Source: Nanopusillaceae archaeon (GTDB taxonomy: Archaea; Nanobdellota; Nanobdellia; Nanobdellales; Nanobdellaceae). From it: DNA of 32,000 bases. The translations under genes and the position numbers were made by a program. Positions within the stretch are counted from its first letter, which is position 1, and every line of letters starts with the position of its first letter. Shown here piece after piece: positions 7,977-16,583 of this stretch. Below the pieces are notes generated by a model. The model ran no database searches, had not been told where the DNA came from, and saw only the letters and a list, made by a program, of their open reading frames with translations. The stretch covers positions 1 to 32,000 of the forward strand of contig JAVYNJ010000001.1 in NCBI GenBank assembly GCA_038735675.1, in the 5' to 3' direction.

Positions 7977-9778
7977 ATATATTTGCTTAAAATTTCAATA
8001 ATTTTTTCTTTTCCCGCTGCTAATATTAAATTTCCTATTTTTGGTCCAGTTTCCTTTTTTATTAAGATTCTATAAATTTTCTTATAAAACTCTTTAGGTT
8101 CTAAGTTTTCTTTAATTAAGTTATGTATTTTAGTTTGTAATTCAACATAATCATTTGAAGAATCTTTTATTATGTCTATTATATTTTTTATTATTGATTT
8201 TTCTTTATCATTTAGATCAATTTCTATTATTTCATTATTAATTTCTATTTTATATAAATCTGGAGCATATTTTATTCCCCAGTATCCAGCTTTTCTACAT
8301 CTTTCAAAAGTTTTTAATAAGTCACTATAACATAAATCTACTTTATAAACAGACTTTACAATTTTTGAAATTTTTTCTAGAATATTATCTATTTTTTCAT
8401 TAAATACCTTGAAAAATGGTTTATCCGTTTTTTCTAAATATTTTCTCGGAATTATAACTTGTCCAATAATCGAAGCAAAAGTATAAGGAAATCTAAATGG
8501 CTTTTCTTCCTCAATATTTCCTAATTTTACTAAATAATAAATTGTTAAATCCTCAATAGTTGCTAAATTTTTTTCGTTAACTAATTTATAATCTTTTAAA
8601 TCTTCTATACTAATATCTTTATTTTCTAGCAGTTTCAAAGTTTTATATACCTTTTCTTCAAATCTATCAAACTCATCAACAAGTAAAAATATATTTTCTA
8701 CGGCTATATCTCTTTCTGAATCGGGTTTTTTAGTATAGAAATATAAGAAAACTTCCGGTTCTATAATTCTAAGAAATTCTGTAATATTATATACATTCCC
8801 CTTTGATCCAGAAATTTTCTTTCCATCTATTGTGAAATAATCATAAAATAATGGTATTGGTTCTTCCCAATCGAAAATTTCTTTAGCAAACCTTGGAGAA
8901 ATCTTCCAGGAAGATACCCAATGATCTTTTCCCATAGGCTCTACTATAGTTTCAAAATATTTCCAATTCCATGCCCATTCAATATACCATTCCAATTTAC
9001 CATTTCTTATGCTAGTATAACCCTCATATCCACATCCTTCTATTGATTTTTTCTTTAAATGTCTTCCACCACAAACATATCTAACTCTTTCATTTTCTTT
9101 ATCATAATCCAAAACTATGGTTGTTCCTATTCTTCCACATCTTTCGCATACAGGAGAAAAGGCATATTCTCTTATATGTTGTTTATATTCTTTATATATT
9201 TCTTTTATTCTTTCTTTTTTTTCTAAAGTATTTTTTATCCCATCATCCCATTCTCCAATAATATATAGATTATTTGGAGAATAATACTCAAATGTTATAG
9301 AATCTAAGATTCCTAATTCCTTTAGTTCATTAAGAAAAACATTTATAAAATGCTCAGCCCATGAAGAATGACATTTTAGGGGATCCGGTATGTTACATAC
9401 TGGAAAACCATTGTATTTTTCTTCGAAAATTTTTTTTAATTCTTCTGGAAATTTTATTATATAGCCATCTTTATCTACAATCATTTCTGGAAATCCTCTG
9501 GCAGGATCTCTATCATCAGATGTAAAAACAACTTTTGAAGGATATCCTAAGACTTCAATTGCTTTAGATATAAAATAGCTTCTAATAATTTCATTTGCTC
9601 TACCAATATGATAAACTCCTGTCGGAGTTCCTGCACATCTAACTACAATTTTGTTTGATTTTAGTTTATTTTTAGCTTTATAGTTTTTAAATCTTTCAAT
9701 TGCCAATTTTGCAATTTTTACACTCCAATGATCACTGTTTTCAAATATTTCTTTCCAATTAATTCTTCCGATATCCAT
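7973..9778 (-). CDS. lysK: Class I lysyl-tRNA synthetase
   Basis: The HIGH-equivalent is ..GTPTGVYHIGRANE.. and the KMSKS-equivalent is ..KISGSKGNVY... A Cys-rich insertion (CERCGR..CGG..GCGYEG) matches archaeal class I LysRS. Confidence 0.9.
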   Translation of the reverse strand: MDIGRINWKEIFENSDHWSVKIAKLAIERFKNYKAKNKLKSNKIVVRCAGTPTGVYHIGRANEIIRSYFISKAIEVLGYPSKVVFTSDDRDPARGFPEMIVDKDGYIIKFPEELKKIFEEKYNGFPVCNIPDPLKCHSSWAEHFINVFLNELKELGILDSITFEYYSPNNLYIIGEWDDGIKNTLEKKERIKEIYKEYKQHIREYAFSPVCERCGRIGTTIVLDYDKENERVRYVCGGRHLKKKSIEGCGYEGYTSIRNGKLEWYIEWAWNWKYFETIVEPMGKDHWVSSWKISPRFAKEIFDWEEPIPLFYDYFTIDGKKISGSKGNVYNITEFLRIIEPEVFLYFYTKKPDSERDIAVENIFLLVDEFDRFEEKVYKTLKLLENKDISIEDLKDYKLVNEKNLATIEDLTIYYLVKLGNIEEEKPFRFPYTFASIIGQVIIPRKYLEKTDKPFFKVFNEKIDNILEKISKIVKSVYKVDLCYSDLLKTFERCRKAGYWGIKYAPDLYKIEINNEIIEIDLNDKEKSIIKNIIDIIKDSSNDYVELQTKIHNLIKENLEPKEFYKKIYRILIKKETGPKIGNLILAAGKEKIIEILSKYI

Positions 9779-9809
9779 TATTCATAAAGTAATTATTTAG
9801 AAAATATTT

Positions 9810-10682
9810 TTATTTTTTGTCATTAAAGTAGTTTCTTATTTTGCAAAAAGAACATAAATCATCTTTTTTGGAAGTTGGATAACTACAGTTTTTACATTCA
9901 TAAATTTCAGGTTCTTTAATGGGAATTTCTATTTTTTCTAAAAATTTGATTGTAGGTATAATAAAATTTTTAAATTCGCGATCAATTTCATATAGTTTTC
10001 TTTTTATTATATTCTGAGTATTATTATCAGCATAAGGACATTCAATCCTACATACGGGTAAATTATTTATTATTGAAAAGACTAGATTTTCTTTTTCTGT
10101 TAAATATATGGATGGTTTTACTTTCTTTATAAATTTTTTATATCCTGATAGAACAGGCTTTTGTTTTGAAAGAGAAATCAAATTTCCCGATCTTAAATTT
10201 ATAAAGAAAAAAGCAGCTTCATCAGCAGCATTATGTGCAGTAACTAAAACTGTGAAGCCGTTTTCATACGCAAATCTATTCATTAAATATCTTTTTATAA
10301 TCCCACAAACTGAACAAACAGGCCTATTTTTTATTTTACTTACTTTGACGCCATACTCGGATATTCTTATTATATTTAATTTTTTATTAATCATCTTAAA
10401 CAATTTTCTAATTTTTTCTTCGCAAAAATCAGAATAATTCGGAATTTCTAAATTAATATACAATCCTTCAAAATCATAACCCAATAAATGCAAGCAATAA
10501 GCTAAAGATGAGGAATCCTTTCCTCCAGAAACAGCAACCAATATTTTATCTTCTTTTGAAAACATTTTCCATTTTTCTATAGTATTTTTTATTTTATTAA
10601 CGTAATATTCCGTAAAATGCTTTTTACAAAATCTTACTGGATAACTTATTATTGCTTTATTATTGCATTTAGAGCATTTCAT
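9810..10682 (-). CDS. tRNA 2-thiouridine synthetase, PP-loop ATPase of the TtuA/NcsA group
   Basis: It has a PP-loop (VAVSGGKDSS), an N-terminal CxxC...CxxH finger (CSKC..CKKH), a C-terminal CxxC...CxxC finger (CKNC..CSFC) and central Cys residues (..PVCSVCGIIKRY..). It aligns closely from memory with Pyrococcus TtuA. Confidence 0.85.
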   Translation of the reverse strand: MKCSKCNNKAIISYPVRFCKKHFTEYYVNKIKNTIEKWKMFSKEDKILVAVSGGKDSSSLAYCLHLLGYDFEGLYINLEIPNYSDFCEEKIRKLFKMINKKLNIIRISEYGVKVSKIKNRPVCSVCGIIKRYLMNRFAYENGFTVLVTAHNAADEAAFFFINLRSGNLISLSKQKPVLSGYKKFIKKVKPSIYLTEKENLVFSIINNLPVCRIECPYADNNTQNIIKRKLYEIDREFKNFIIPTIKFLEKIEIPIKEPEIYECKNCSYPTSKKDDLCSFCKIRNYFNDKK

Positions 10683-10685
10683 TAT

Positions 10686-11438
10686 CTATAAACATATATC
10701 ATACTTTAATAAGTCTAAAAATGAAGAAACTTCAATTACGAACATATTATATTTTTTATAAAATTCATCTGTTATATTTATTGGTTTTGGAATATATTTT
10801 ATACTTCTAATAATAAAACCAGGAAAAATTTCTTTTATTTCTTCAACTTTTTCATATGTATAAATAATACTTTGTCCTTTGGGTATAAAGAAATATTTTT
10901 TATTGTTTTCAGCGGCAGCTATAGCTTTTTCAATTATATTTCCAACAAAACCAATGTTTCCATCTAAGTCAATAGTTCCTGTAGAAGCAATAAGATTGTT
11001 AACATTTTTATTATTCAGAGCGCAGTATATTCCTATAGCGAAAGATATTCCAGCACTTGGACCACCAACTAATATGGATCTAGAATCTATTTCTAAAATA
11101 AAATCATACTTTGAGCAATTCACTTTTAAATATTTACATATGAATTCTTTTGCAATTTCAAAGGAGTATTGAGTATCAGGCTCTACAAAGGGATTTATTG
11201 AAATATAAGTTTTACCAGATCCTTCAGTTATTTTTAGATATCCATACTCTAAAACTCCTTTTCCATCTGTTGATACTGCAACTAAAGGTATTTGCGCAGT
11301 TCTATTTGTTTCTAGAAGATTTAAGTATTCATTTTTTATATTTTTTTGAATTAAATTTCTAGTACTAAATCCAAGAAGAAAACCAAAAATAAAAAGTAAA
11401 ATAGAAATCATTAAATATAGTTTATCTTTTAAAGACAT
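10686..11438 (-). CDS. Membrane-anchored serine protease with a Lon (S16) proteolytic domain only
   Basis: An N-terminal TM helix (LYLMISILLFIFGFLLGF) is followed by a Lon-type catalytic region (..VGGPSAGISFAIGIY..). A downstream Lys motif (..GNIIEKAIAAAE..) completes a likely Ser-Lys dyad. There is no AAA+ module. Confidence 0.7.
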   Translation of the reverse strand: MSLKDKLYLMISILLFIFGFLLGFSTRNLIQKNIKNEYLNLLETNRTAQIPLVAVSTDGKGVLEYGYLKITEGSGKTYISINPFVEPDTQYSFEIAKEFICKYLKVNCSKYDFILEIDSRSILVGGPSAGISFAIGIYCALNNKNVNNLIASTGTIDLDGNIGFVGNIIEKAIAAAENNKKYFFIPKGQSIIYTYEKVEEIKEIFPGFIIRSIKYIPKPINITDEFYKKYNMFVIEVSSFLDLLKYDICL

Positions 11439-11475
11439 TATAATTAGATTATTTAAAACATTTTTGAATCTTTAA

Positions 11476-11550
11476 CGGGCCCGGGGGGATTTGAACCCCC
11501 GTCCTTCGGGTCCGCAACCCGATGCTCTGTCCAAGCTGAGCTACGGGCCC
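11476..11550 (-). tRNA. tRNA-Arg (anticodon GCG)
   Basis: Hand-folded 75-nt cloverleaf: GGGCCCG TA GCTC AGCTTGGACA GAGC A TCGGG TTGCGGA CCCGA AGGAC GGGGG TTCAAAT CCCCC CGGGCCC G. All stems are Watson-Crick. It has no intron and no encoded CCA. Confidence 0.95.
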
Positions 11551-11574
11551 ATTTTTCGAATAAATAATTAAACA

Positions 11575-12681
11575 TTAATATATAGAGATCTCTTTCCATT
11601 TAATATCTAAAGAATCTGCAAATTTGTATACTTCGTATAATTCATTTTCAAATAATTTTCTAGATAATTCTGGATAATTATTTGTTGATAAAACTAAATA
11701 ATCTGGGTGGTATTGGTCCATGATGTTTACTAGAAATTTTGGAGTATTTTTTGAAATCCATTCTAAAATTTTTTTAGAACAGCATTCAATATGATTTGGT
11801 AAAACTAAATGTCTTACAATAACGCTTTCATTTTTTATCATTAAATGATTTCTTGAAACAATTTCGAAGTAATTTTTTACAGAGGAATATTTCATTGCGC
11901 ATTCATCATTTCCATATTTAAAATCAGGTAACCAAATATCTATTAAATCTAATAAAATCTTCATAGATTCTTCTGAAAGATACATATTGCTGTTCCATAG
12001 TTGTGGAATGTATAAATCTTTTTTTGCAAATTCTTTCATAGATTTTAGAATTTCATAAATATTTGGAGTAGGATCTCCACCAACCCAATTAATATTTTTT
12101 GCTCCCATTTTATACAGTTTTTCTTGAATATTTGCTAAATCGACGTAGTTTACAACAATACCGCTGTTAGGGTATTGTGATATAGTCCAGTTTTGGCAAT
12201 AAACACATTTAAAATTACAACCGGTAAAAAATATAGTTCCAGAAGGTATTAGTGGTAATTCTTCCCCATAATGTAAAAAGTACTCAGATATACGAGTTTC
12301 TTTAACTCTACAAAATCCAATTTTATTTTCCCTATTTATTTTGCATTTTCTTTCACATAAAATACAAGATTTTAATATTCTTTTAGCAATCTCTATTTTT
12401 AAATCAAGAAAAGATTTCTCTAAAATTCTTTTTTTTGAAATACTTTTTCCATTAATTGTTTCTTCTTTAATTTCATTAAATTCTTTAGATTTTTCTTCAT
12501 GTAATTTCCATAGTTCTTTATAAGAAAGTTCAATCAAATTTTCTTCTACAGGAATTCTAATACAAATATTAATTTTTGATGGAACTTTTTTTTCTAAAAC
12601 TAAGAAATACCAAGAAAGACTTTCTCTTATTTCTGGATTTTTACTTATCTTTTCAGAAAGTAGCAATCTATGTATTACCAT
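11575..12681 (-). CDS. Radical SAM protein, PflX-like (COG1313 type, function unknown)
   Basis: It has the CxxxCxxC cluster motif (..FFTGCNFKCVYCQNW..). Upstream is the extra Cys block (CILCERKCKINRENKIGFCRV) typical of PflX-type homologues of pyruvate formate-lyase activases. Confidence 0.72.
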   Translation of the reverse strand: MVIHRLLLSEKISKNPEIRESLSWYFLVLEKKVPSKINICIRIPVEENLIELSYKELWKLHEEKSKEFNEIKEETINGKSISKKRILEKSFLDLKIEIAKRILKSCILCERKCKINRENKIGFCRVKETRISEYFLHYGEELPLIPSGTIFFTGCNFKCVYCQNWTISQYPNSGIVVNYVDLANIQEKLYKMGAKNINWVGGDPTPNIYEILKSMKEFAKKDLYIPQLWNSNMYLSEESMKILLDLIDIWLPDFKYGNDECAMKYSSVKNYFEIVSRNHLMIKNESVIVRHLVLPNHIECCSKKILEWISKNTPKFLVNIMDQYHPDYLVLSTNNYPELSRKLFENELYEVYKFADSLDIKWKEISIY

Positions 12682-13166
12682 TTTGGAATTATCACTCCAT
12701 ATATATTTTCGCTTTTTCCAATACTATAATATAATCCAGCTAAATAACATAACCAAGAGTCATATAAATGTTTTGATTTAAAATAATGCTTAAATTTTTC
12801 ATATTTAAATCCTAAAATCTTTTCTACAGCTCTTGGGAAAGTTTCAAATACATTAGATTTTGCAATTTTTTTTATTTTATTTTTAATAAAAATTCCTCTA
12901 TCCGCAAGATCAGAAATACTTTTTATACTTAGTGGCATTGGTCTAAAACCTCTCTTTAATAGTTCTAATTCGCTTTTTCTAAATGGAATTTTTTCTTTAC
13001 TTAGTGGAGCATCTATTACAACAATCTCAGGATTTACATATTTTATGATTTCAAAGATTTCTTCGTTAGTATAAACTATTTTAAACTTTAAAATTTTGTC
13101 TTTATAACATAAACCAGTTTTATTTTTTTCCTTCGCTGCTAAATCTATTCCTATAATTTTATACAT
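12675..13166 (-). CDS. Predicted RNase H-fold nuclease (DUF429/COG2410-like)
   Basis: The pattern MYKIIGIDLAAKEKNKTGLCY...VVIDAPLS...RKSELELLKRGFRP matches my recollection of the DUF429 family. The gene overlaps both neighbours (8 nt and 7 nt). Confidence 0.5.
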   Translation of the reverse strand: MYKIIGIDLAAKEKNKTGLCYKDKILKFKIVYTNEEIFEIIKYVNPEIVVIDAPLSKEKIPFRKSELELLKRGFRPMPLSIKSISDLADRGIFIKNKIKKIAKSNVFETFPRAVEKILGFKYEKFKHYFKSKHLYDSWLCYLAGLYYSIGKSENIYGVIIPKW

Positions 13167-13794
13167 TTATTTTTTTCTTTAATTCTTGAAATTTAAAGCC
13201 CGTATCCCAAAAATCTTTGTAATAGTTTAAATTGTCCAAATACCAATTTAATACACAAATTACTTGAGATGTAAAATATGGAATATCTCCTAAAGATATA
13301 AACGTTGATATATCTTTTAACCATTTTTTTTCATCTTTTGGGATTCCTAAAAAATCTCCAATTATGAAAACAGGATTTTCAATCTTTATGTTTCCTATTT
13401 CCATACCATTTTTTTCTAAAACGTATATTTTTCTTCCTTGATTTATATATTCTTCTACTAATTCTCTAAATCCTTTTTTTTCCACGAATACTCCTGGAAA
13501 AGTATAGATTGGCATCTTTTTTTTATTAAACTTTTTTAGAGAAGAACTTAACAAAGTAGTAACATCTTTTTTTGACCAAGGAGTTTCAATATTAGATTCA
13601 ATTTTAATTCTCCTTGGAGGATCTGGAGGGCCATTTAGTACAATATTAAATTCTATATTTTTTCTTAGACCATTTGATATAAAAAAAGCATGAATTATTG
13701 AATGAACCAATACATCTAGTCTTCCAGAGTAATAAATATTCTTAAAGTTTCCATCAGTCCTTACACTATTTGAATAAAGAATAAATATTCTCAT
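13159..13794 (-). CDS. trmY: tRNA (pseudouridine54-N1)-methyltransferase TrmY (SPOUT, DUF358)
   Basis: The blocks ..SGRLDVLVHSIIHAFFIS.., ..PPDPPRRIKI.. and ..ENPVFIIGDFLGIP.. align with Methanocaldococcus Mj1640-type TrmY. Confidence 0.87.
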   Translation of the reverse strand: MRIFILYSNSVRTDGNFKNIYYSGRLDVLVHSIIHAFFISNGLRKNIEFNIVLNGPPDPPRRIKIESNIETPWSKKDVTTLLSSSLKKFNKKKMPIYTFPGVFVEKKGFRELVEEYINQGRKIYVLEKNGMEIGNIKIENPVFIIGDFLGIPKDEKKWLKDISTFISLGDIPYFTSQVICVLNWYLDNLNYYKDFWDTGFKFQELKKKINV

Positions 13795-13812
13795 AAAAAA
13801 TAAGTTATTTTT

Positions 13813-14226
13813 ATGGAAATAAAGTTTTTTGAATATACTTTAAAAACTAATAAGAGAAGAGAGCTTGTAAATATAACAAATTTGGTAGAAAATGCTGTGA
13901 ATAAGTCAAAAATAAAAGAAGGAATAGTTTTAATATTTTTACCACATGCTACATGTGGATTATTTGCGAATGAAGATGAAATTAATATAAAAAAAGATTA
14001 TTTTAATTTTTTTGAAAGATTATGTCCAGAAAATGAGATTTATCATCATAATCAAATAGATAATAATGCAGATTCGCATCTTTTATCTTCTATATTCAAA
14101 CAATTTTATGTATTTCCAATTAAAGATTATTTTATAATAAAAGGAACATGGCAGGATTTGTTTTTGGCAGAATTTGATGGACCTAGAGAAAGAAAAATTC
14201 ATATTTTAATTTTTGGAAGTCCTTAA
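13813..14226 (+). CDS. YjbQ/UPF0047 family protein (secondary thiamine-phosphate synthase-like)
   Basis: Family-typical blocks are ..ITNLVENAV..GIVLIFLPHATCGLFANEDE.. and ..DNNADSHLLSS... The size is ~137 aa. Confidence 0.8.
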   Translation: MEIKFFEYTLKTNKRRELVNITNLVENAVNKSKIKEGIVLIFLPHATCGLFANEDEINIKKDYFNFFERLCPENEIYHHNQIDNNADSHLLSSIFKQFYVFPIKDYFIIKGTWQDLFLAEFDGPRERKIHILIFGSP

Positions 14227-14233
14227 TTTTAAT

Positions 14234-14809
14234 ATGATTATATTAGTAGTTGGGATTCCGGCTTCTGGAAAAACATCGATAGTAAATGAAGCAAAAAAGT
14301 ATATAAAAAGAGATATAGAAATTATAGAATTTGGAGATATAGTTTTTGATTTGGCTAAAAAGATGTATAATATACAACACAGAGATGAAATAAGAAAAGT
14401 TTTACCATTTGAAGAACAAAGAAAACTACAAGAATTAGCAGCCAGATACATTTTAGAGAATTATAAAGAAAAGAACTTGATTATAACTACTCATTTTATT
14501 ATTGAAACTAGCGAAGGATTTAAAGCAGGTATAACTAAGGAAATTGCAGATCTTTTAAGACCTAAAGCTATTGTTTTGATAGTTTCTGAACCAGATAAAA
14601 TATTAATGAGAAGGATTAAAGATGAAAGCAGACTTAGAGAAAAAGATGATTTAGAAAGAATAAAAATACATCAAGATTTATCGCTTTATTATACAATTCC
14701 GTTTATGTATATGTATGATACTATAATTGAAATTATAAAAAATGAAGAGGGTTTATTAGATGATTCTGCTAAAAGGTTTGCAGATTTTATAAATAATCTT
14801 CTATTTTAA
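14234..14809 (+). CDS. adkA: Archaeal-type adenylate kinase
   Basis: The P-loop is VVGIPASGKTS. The blocks ..FGDIVFDLAKK..HRDEIRK.., ..ITTHFIIETSEGF.. and ..ILMRRIKDESRLRE.. match archaeal AdkA. I prefer the ATG at 14234 over the track's TTG at 14213, which would overlap the yjbQ-like gene. Confidence 0.9.
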   Translation: MIILVVGIPASGKTSIVNEAKKYIKRDIEIIEFGDIVFDLAKKMYNIQHRDEIRKVLPFEEQRKLQELAARYILENYKEKNLIITTHFIIETSEGFKAGITKEIADLLRPKAIVLIVSEPDKILMRRIKDESRLREKDDLERIKIHQDLSLYYTIPFMYMYDTIIEIIKNEEGLLDDSAKRFADFINNLLF

Positions 14810-16390
14810 TTTTTCTAAAAAATACATGTAAAATGGAGAAGGACTTAAAGGTCTACTTTTAAATTCAGGATGTGCTTGAGTTCCTATAAATAAGAAATTA
14901 TCTTTTAATTCCATAAATTCAATTATATTGTATTCATCTAAACTAAATCCACTAGCAAAAAATCCTGAAGATTCTAGTTTATCTAAGTAATCTTTATTTA
15001 TACAGTATCTGTGCCTATGTCTCTCATAAATAATTTCTTTTTCATAAATTTTATATGCTTCTGAGTTTTTCTTCAGTTTTATTGGAATTTCTCCCAATCT
15101 TAAAGTTCCTCCATATATATTTATCTCATTTTTAATTAGTTTTACAACTGGATTTTTGGTATTTTCATCTATTTCAGTACTATTTGCATCTTTTAATCCT
15201 AAAACGTTTCTGGAAATTTCAATTGCCATAAGTTGTAAACCAAAACATATTCCCAAAGTATCTATTTTGTTTTCTCTTAAAAACTTTATAGCCTTTATTT
15301 TTCCTTCAACACCTCTCGAACCAAAACCTGGAAGAATTATAGCTCCATCTACCTCCAGAAGTTTATCTATTTCGAAATTTTTATTTTCTATATCTGTAGA
15401 TTCTATCCATTCTAAATCTATTTTTAAGCTTAAATAAGCTGCAGCATGCTTTAAAGATTCAATAATGCTTAAGTAGCTATCTTTTAGTTTTGTATATTTT
15501 CCAATCATTGCAATTTTAGCTACTTTTTCTGTTTTATTTAGTTTTTCTAAAAAGTTTAACCAATCTGATAAATCTGGTTCTCTTATTTCTAAATTTAGCT
15601 TTTTAGCTAAAATTTCATGAATTTTTTGATTTTTAAGAATTATTGGTACTCTATATATAGAATCTACATCATAATTAGATATTACAGCATTTTTTGGGAC
15701 ATTTCCAAATAATGAAAGCTTATATTTAGCATCTTCACCTAATGGAATTTCGCTTCTAGCTATTATTATATCAGGAATAATGCCTATTCTTCTTAATTCT
15801 TGTAAACTGTGTTGTGAAGGTTTTGTTTTTTGTTCTCCTGTTGTTTTTAGAGTTGGAACTAAAGTAACATGGACAAAAGCCACGTTTTCTTGTCCTTCTT
15901 CAAGTTTCATTTGTCTTGCAGCTTCTAAAAATGGTAGGCTTTCAATATCTCCAACAGTCCCACCTATTTCTACAAATATTATATCATAATTCTCTTCTTT
16001 TCCAATTTCTTTTAATTTTTCTTTTATTTCGTTTGTTATATGTGGAATTATTTGAATACAATTTCCAAGATAAGTTCCTTTTCTTTCTTTTAAAATTACA
16101 GAATAATAAATTTGACCTGTAGTTATATTATTTTTCTTAGATAAATCTTTGTGTAAAAATCTTTCATAATGTCCTATATCTAAATCAGTTTCTCCACCAT
16201 CTTTTGTTACAAAAACTTCTCCATGAACGTAAGGATTCATAGTTCCAGCATCAATATTTACATAAGGATCTATCTTTATTGCAGTAACATTATAACCCAT
16301 CCTCTGAAATAATAAAGCTAAAGAAGCAGTTGTAACCCCCTTACCTACACTACTCAAAACACCCCCTGTTATAAAAACATATTTTTGCAT
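14801..16390 (-). CDS. pyrG: CTP synthase
   Basis: The conserved N-terminus MQKYVFITGGVLSSVGKGVTTASL.. begins at the ATG at 16388-16390. The glutamine amidotransferase half has ..GICFGLQ.. and ..HRHRY... The track's extra 31 codons read through tRNA-Pro and are rejected. Confidence 0.95.
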   Translation of the reverse strand: MQKYVFITGGVLSSVGKGVTTASLALLFQRMGYNVTAIKIDPYVNIDAGTMNPYVHGEVFVTKDGGETDLDIGHYERFLHKDLSKKNNITTGQIYYSVILKERKGTYLGNCIQIIPHITNEIKEKLKEIGKEENYDIIFVEIGGTVGDIESLPFLEAARQMKLEEGQENVAFVHVTLVPTLKTTGEQKTKPSQHSLQELRRIGIIPDIIIARSEIPLGEDAKYKLSLFGNVPKNAVISNYDVDSIYRVPIILKNQKIHEILAKKLNLEIREPDLSDWLNFLEKLNKTEKVAKIAMIGKYTKLKDSYLSIIESLKHAAAYLSLKIDLEWIESTDIENKNFEIDKLLEVDGAIILPGFGSRGVEGKIKAIKFLRENKIDTLGICFGLQLMAIEISRNVLGLKDANSTEIDENTKNPVVKLIKNEINIYGGTLRLGEIPIKLKKNSEAYKIYEKEIIYERHRHRYCINKDYLDKLESSGFFASGFSLDEYNIIEFMELKDNFLFIGTQAHPEFKSRPLSPSPFYMYFLEKLK

Positions 16391-16425
16391 AATATTATTG
16401 TATTTTAAAATTAAAAATTGTTGAA

Positions 16426-16499
16426 TGGGGCCGCCGGGATTTGAACCCGGGACCACCGGCACCCCAAACCGGCATCCTTCCAAGCTGGACGACGGCCCC
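16426..16499 (-). tRNA. tRNA-Pro (anticodon GGG)
   Basis: Hand-folded 74-nt cloverleaf: GGGGCCG TC GTCC AGCTTGGAA GGAT G CCGGT TTGGGGT GCCGG TGGTC CCGGG TTCAAAT CCCGG CGGCCCC A. It has no intron and no CCA. Confidence 0.94.
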
Positions 16500-16508
16500 T
16501 TTAAATAA

Positions 16509-16581
16509 AGCCGCGGCCGGGATTTGAACCCGGGGCCTTTGCCTTACCAGGGCAACGCTCTACCAGCTGAGCTACCGCGGC
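16509..16581 (-). tRNA. tRNA-Thr (anticodon GGU)
   Basis: Hand-folded 73-nt cloverleaf: GCCGCGG TA GCTC AGCTGGTA GAGC G TTGCC CTGGTAA GGCAA AGGCC CCGGG TTCAAAT CCCGG CCGCGGC T. It has no intron and no CCA. Its 5' end lies 2 nt after the stop codon of the upstream gene. Confidence 0.95.
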
Positions 16582-16583
16582 AC

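Noticed and set aside
10108-12523. ORFs at 10108-10437, 10879-11172, 11150-11362 and 12341-12523 on the + strand.
   Set aside because: They are shadow ORFs antisense to the PP-loop thiolase, S16 protease and radical SAM genes. They have no motifs and no independent promoter spacing.
14213-14233. A TTG start for adenylate kinase giving MEVLNFN before the P-loop strand.
   Set aside because: An ATG at 14234 yields the canonical short N-terminus (MIILVVGIPASGKTS) and avoids overlap with the upstream stop at 14226.
16391-16483. A 31-codon N-terminal extension of the pyrG ORF in the track (MEGCRFGVPVVPGSNPGGP...).
   Set aside because: This stretch is the reverse-strand reading of tRNA-Pro (16426-16499). 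The conserved CTP synthase N-terminus MQKYVFITGG starts at the ATG at 16388-16390.
11476-16581. Checked the three tRNAs for introns, split halves or permutation, as known from Nanoarchaeum.
   Set aside because: All three fold as contiguous canonical cloverleaves with 7-nt anticodon loops. There is no bulge-helix-bulge insertion.
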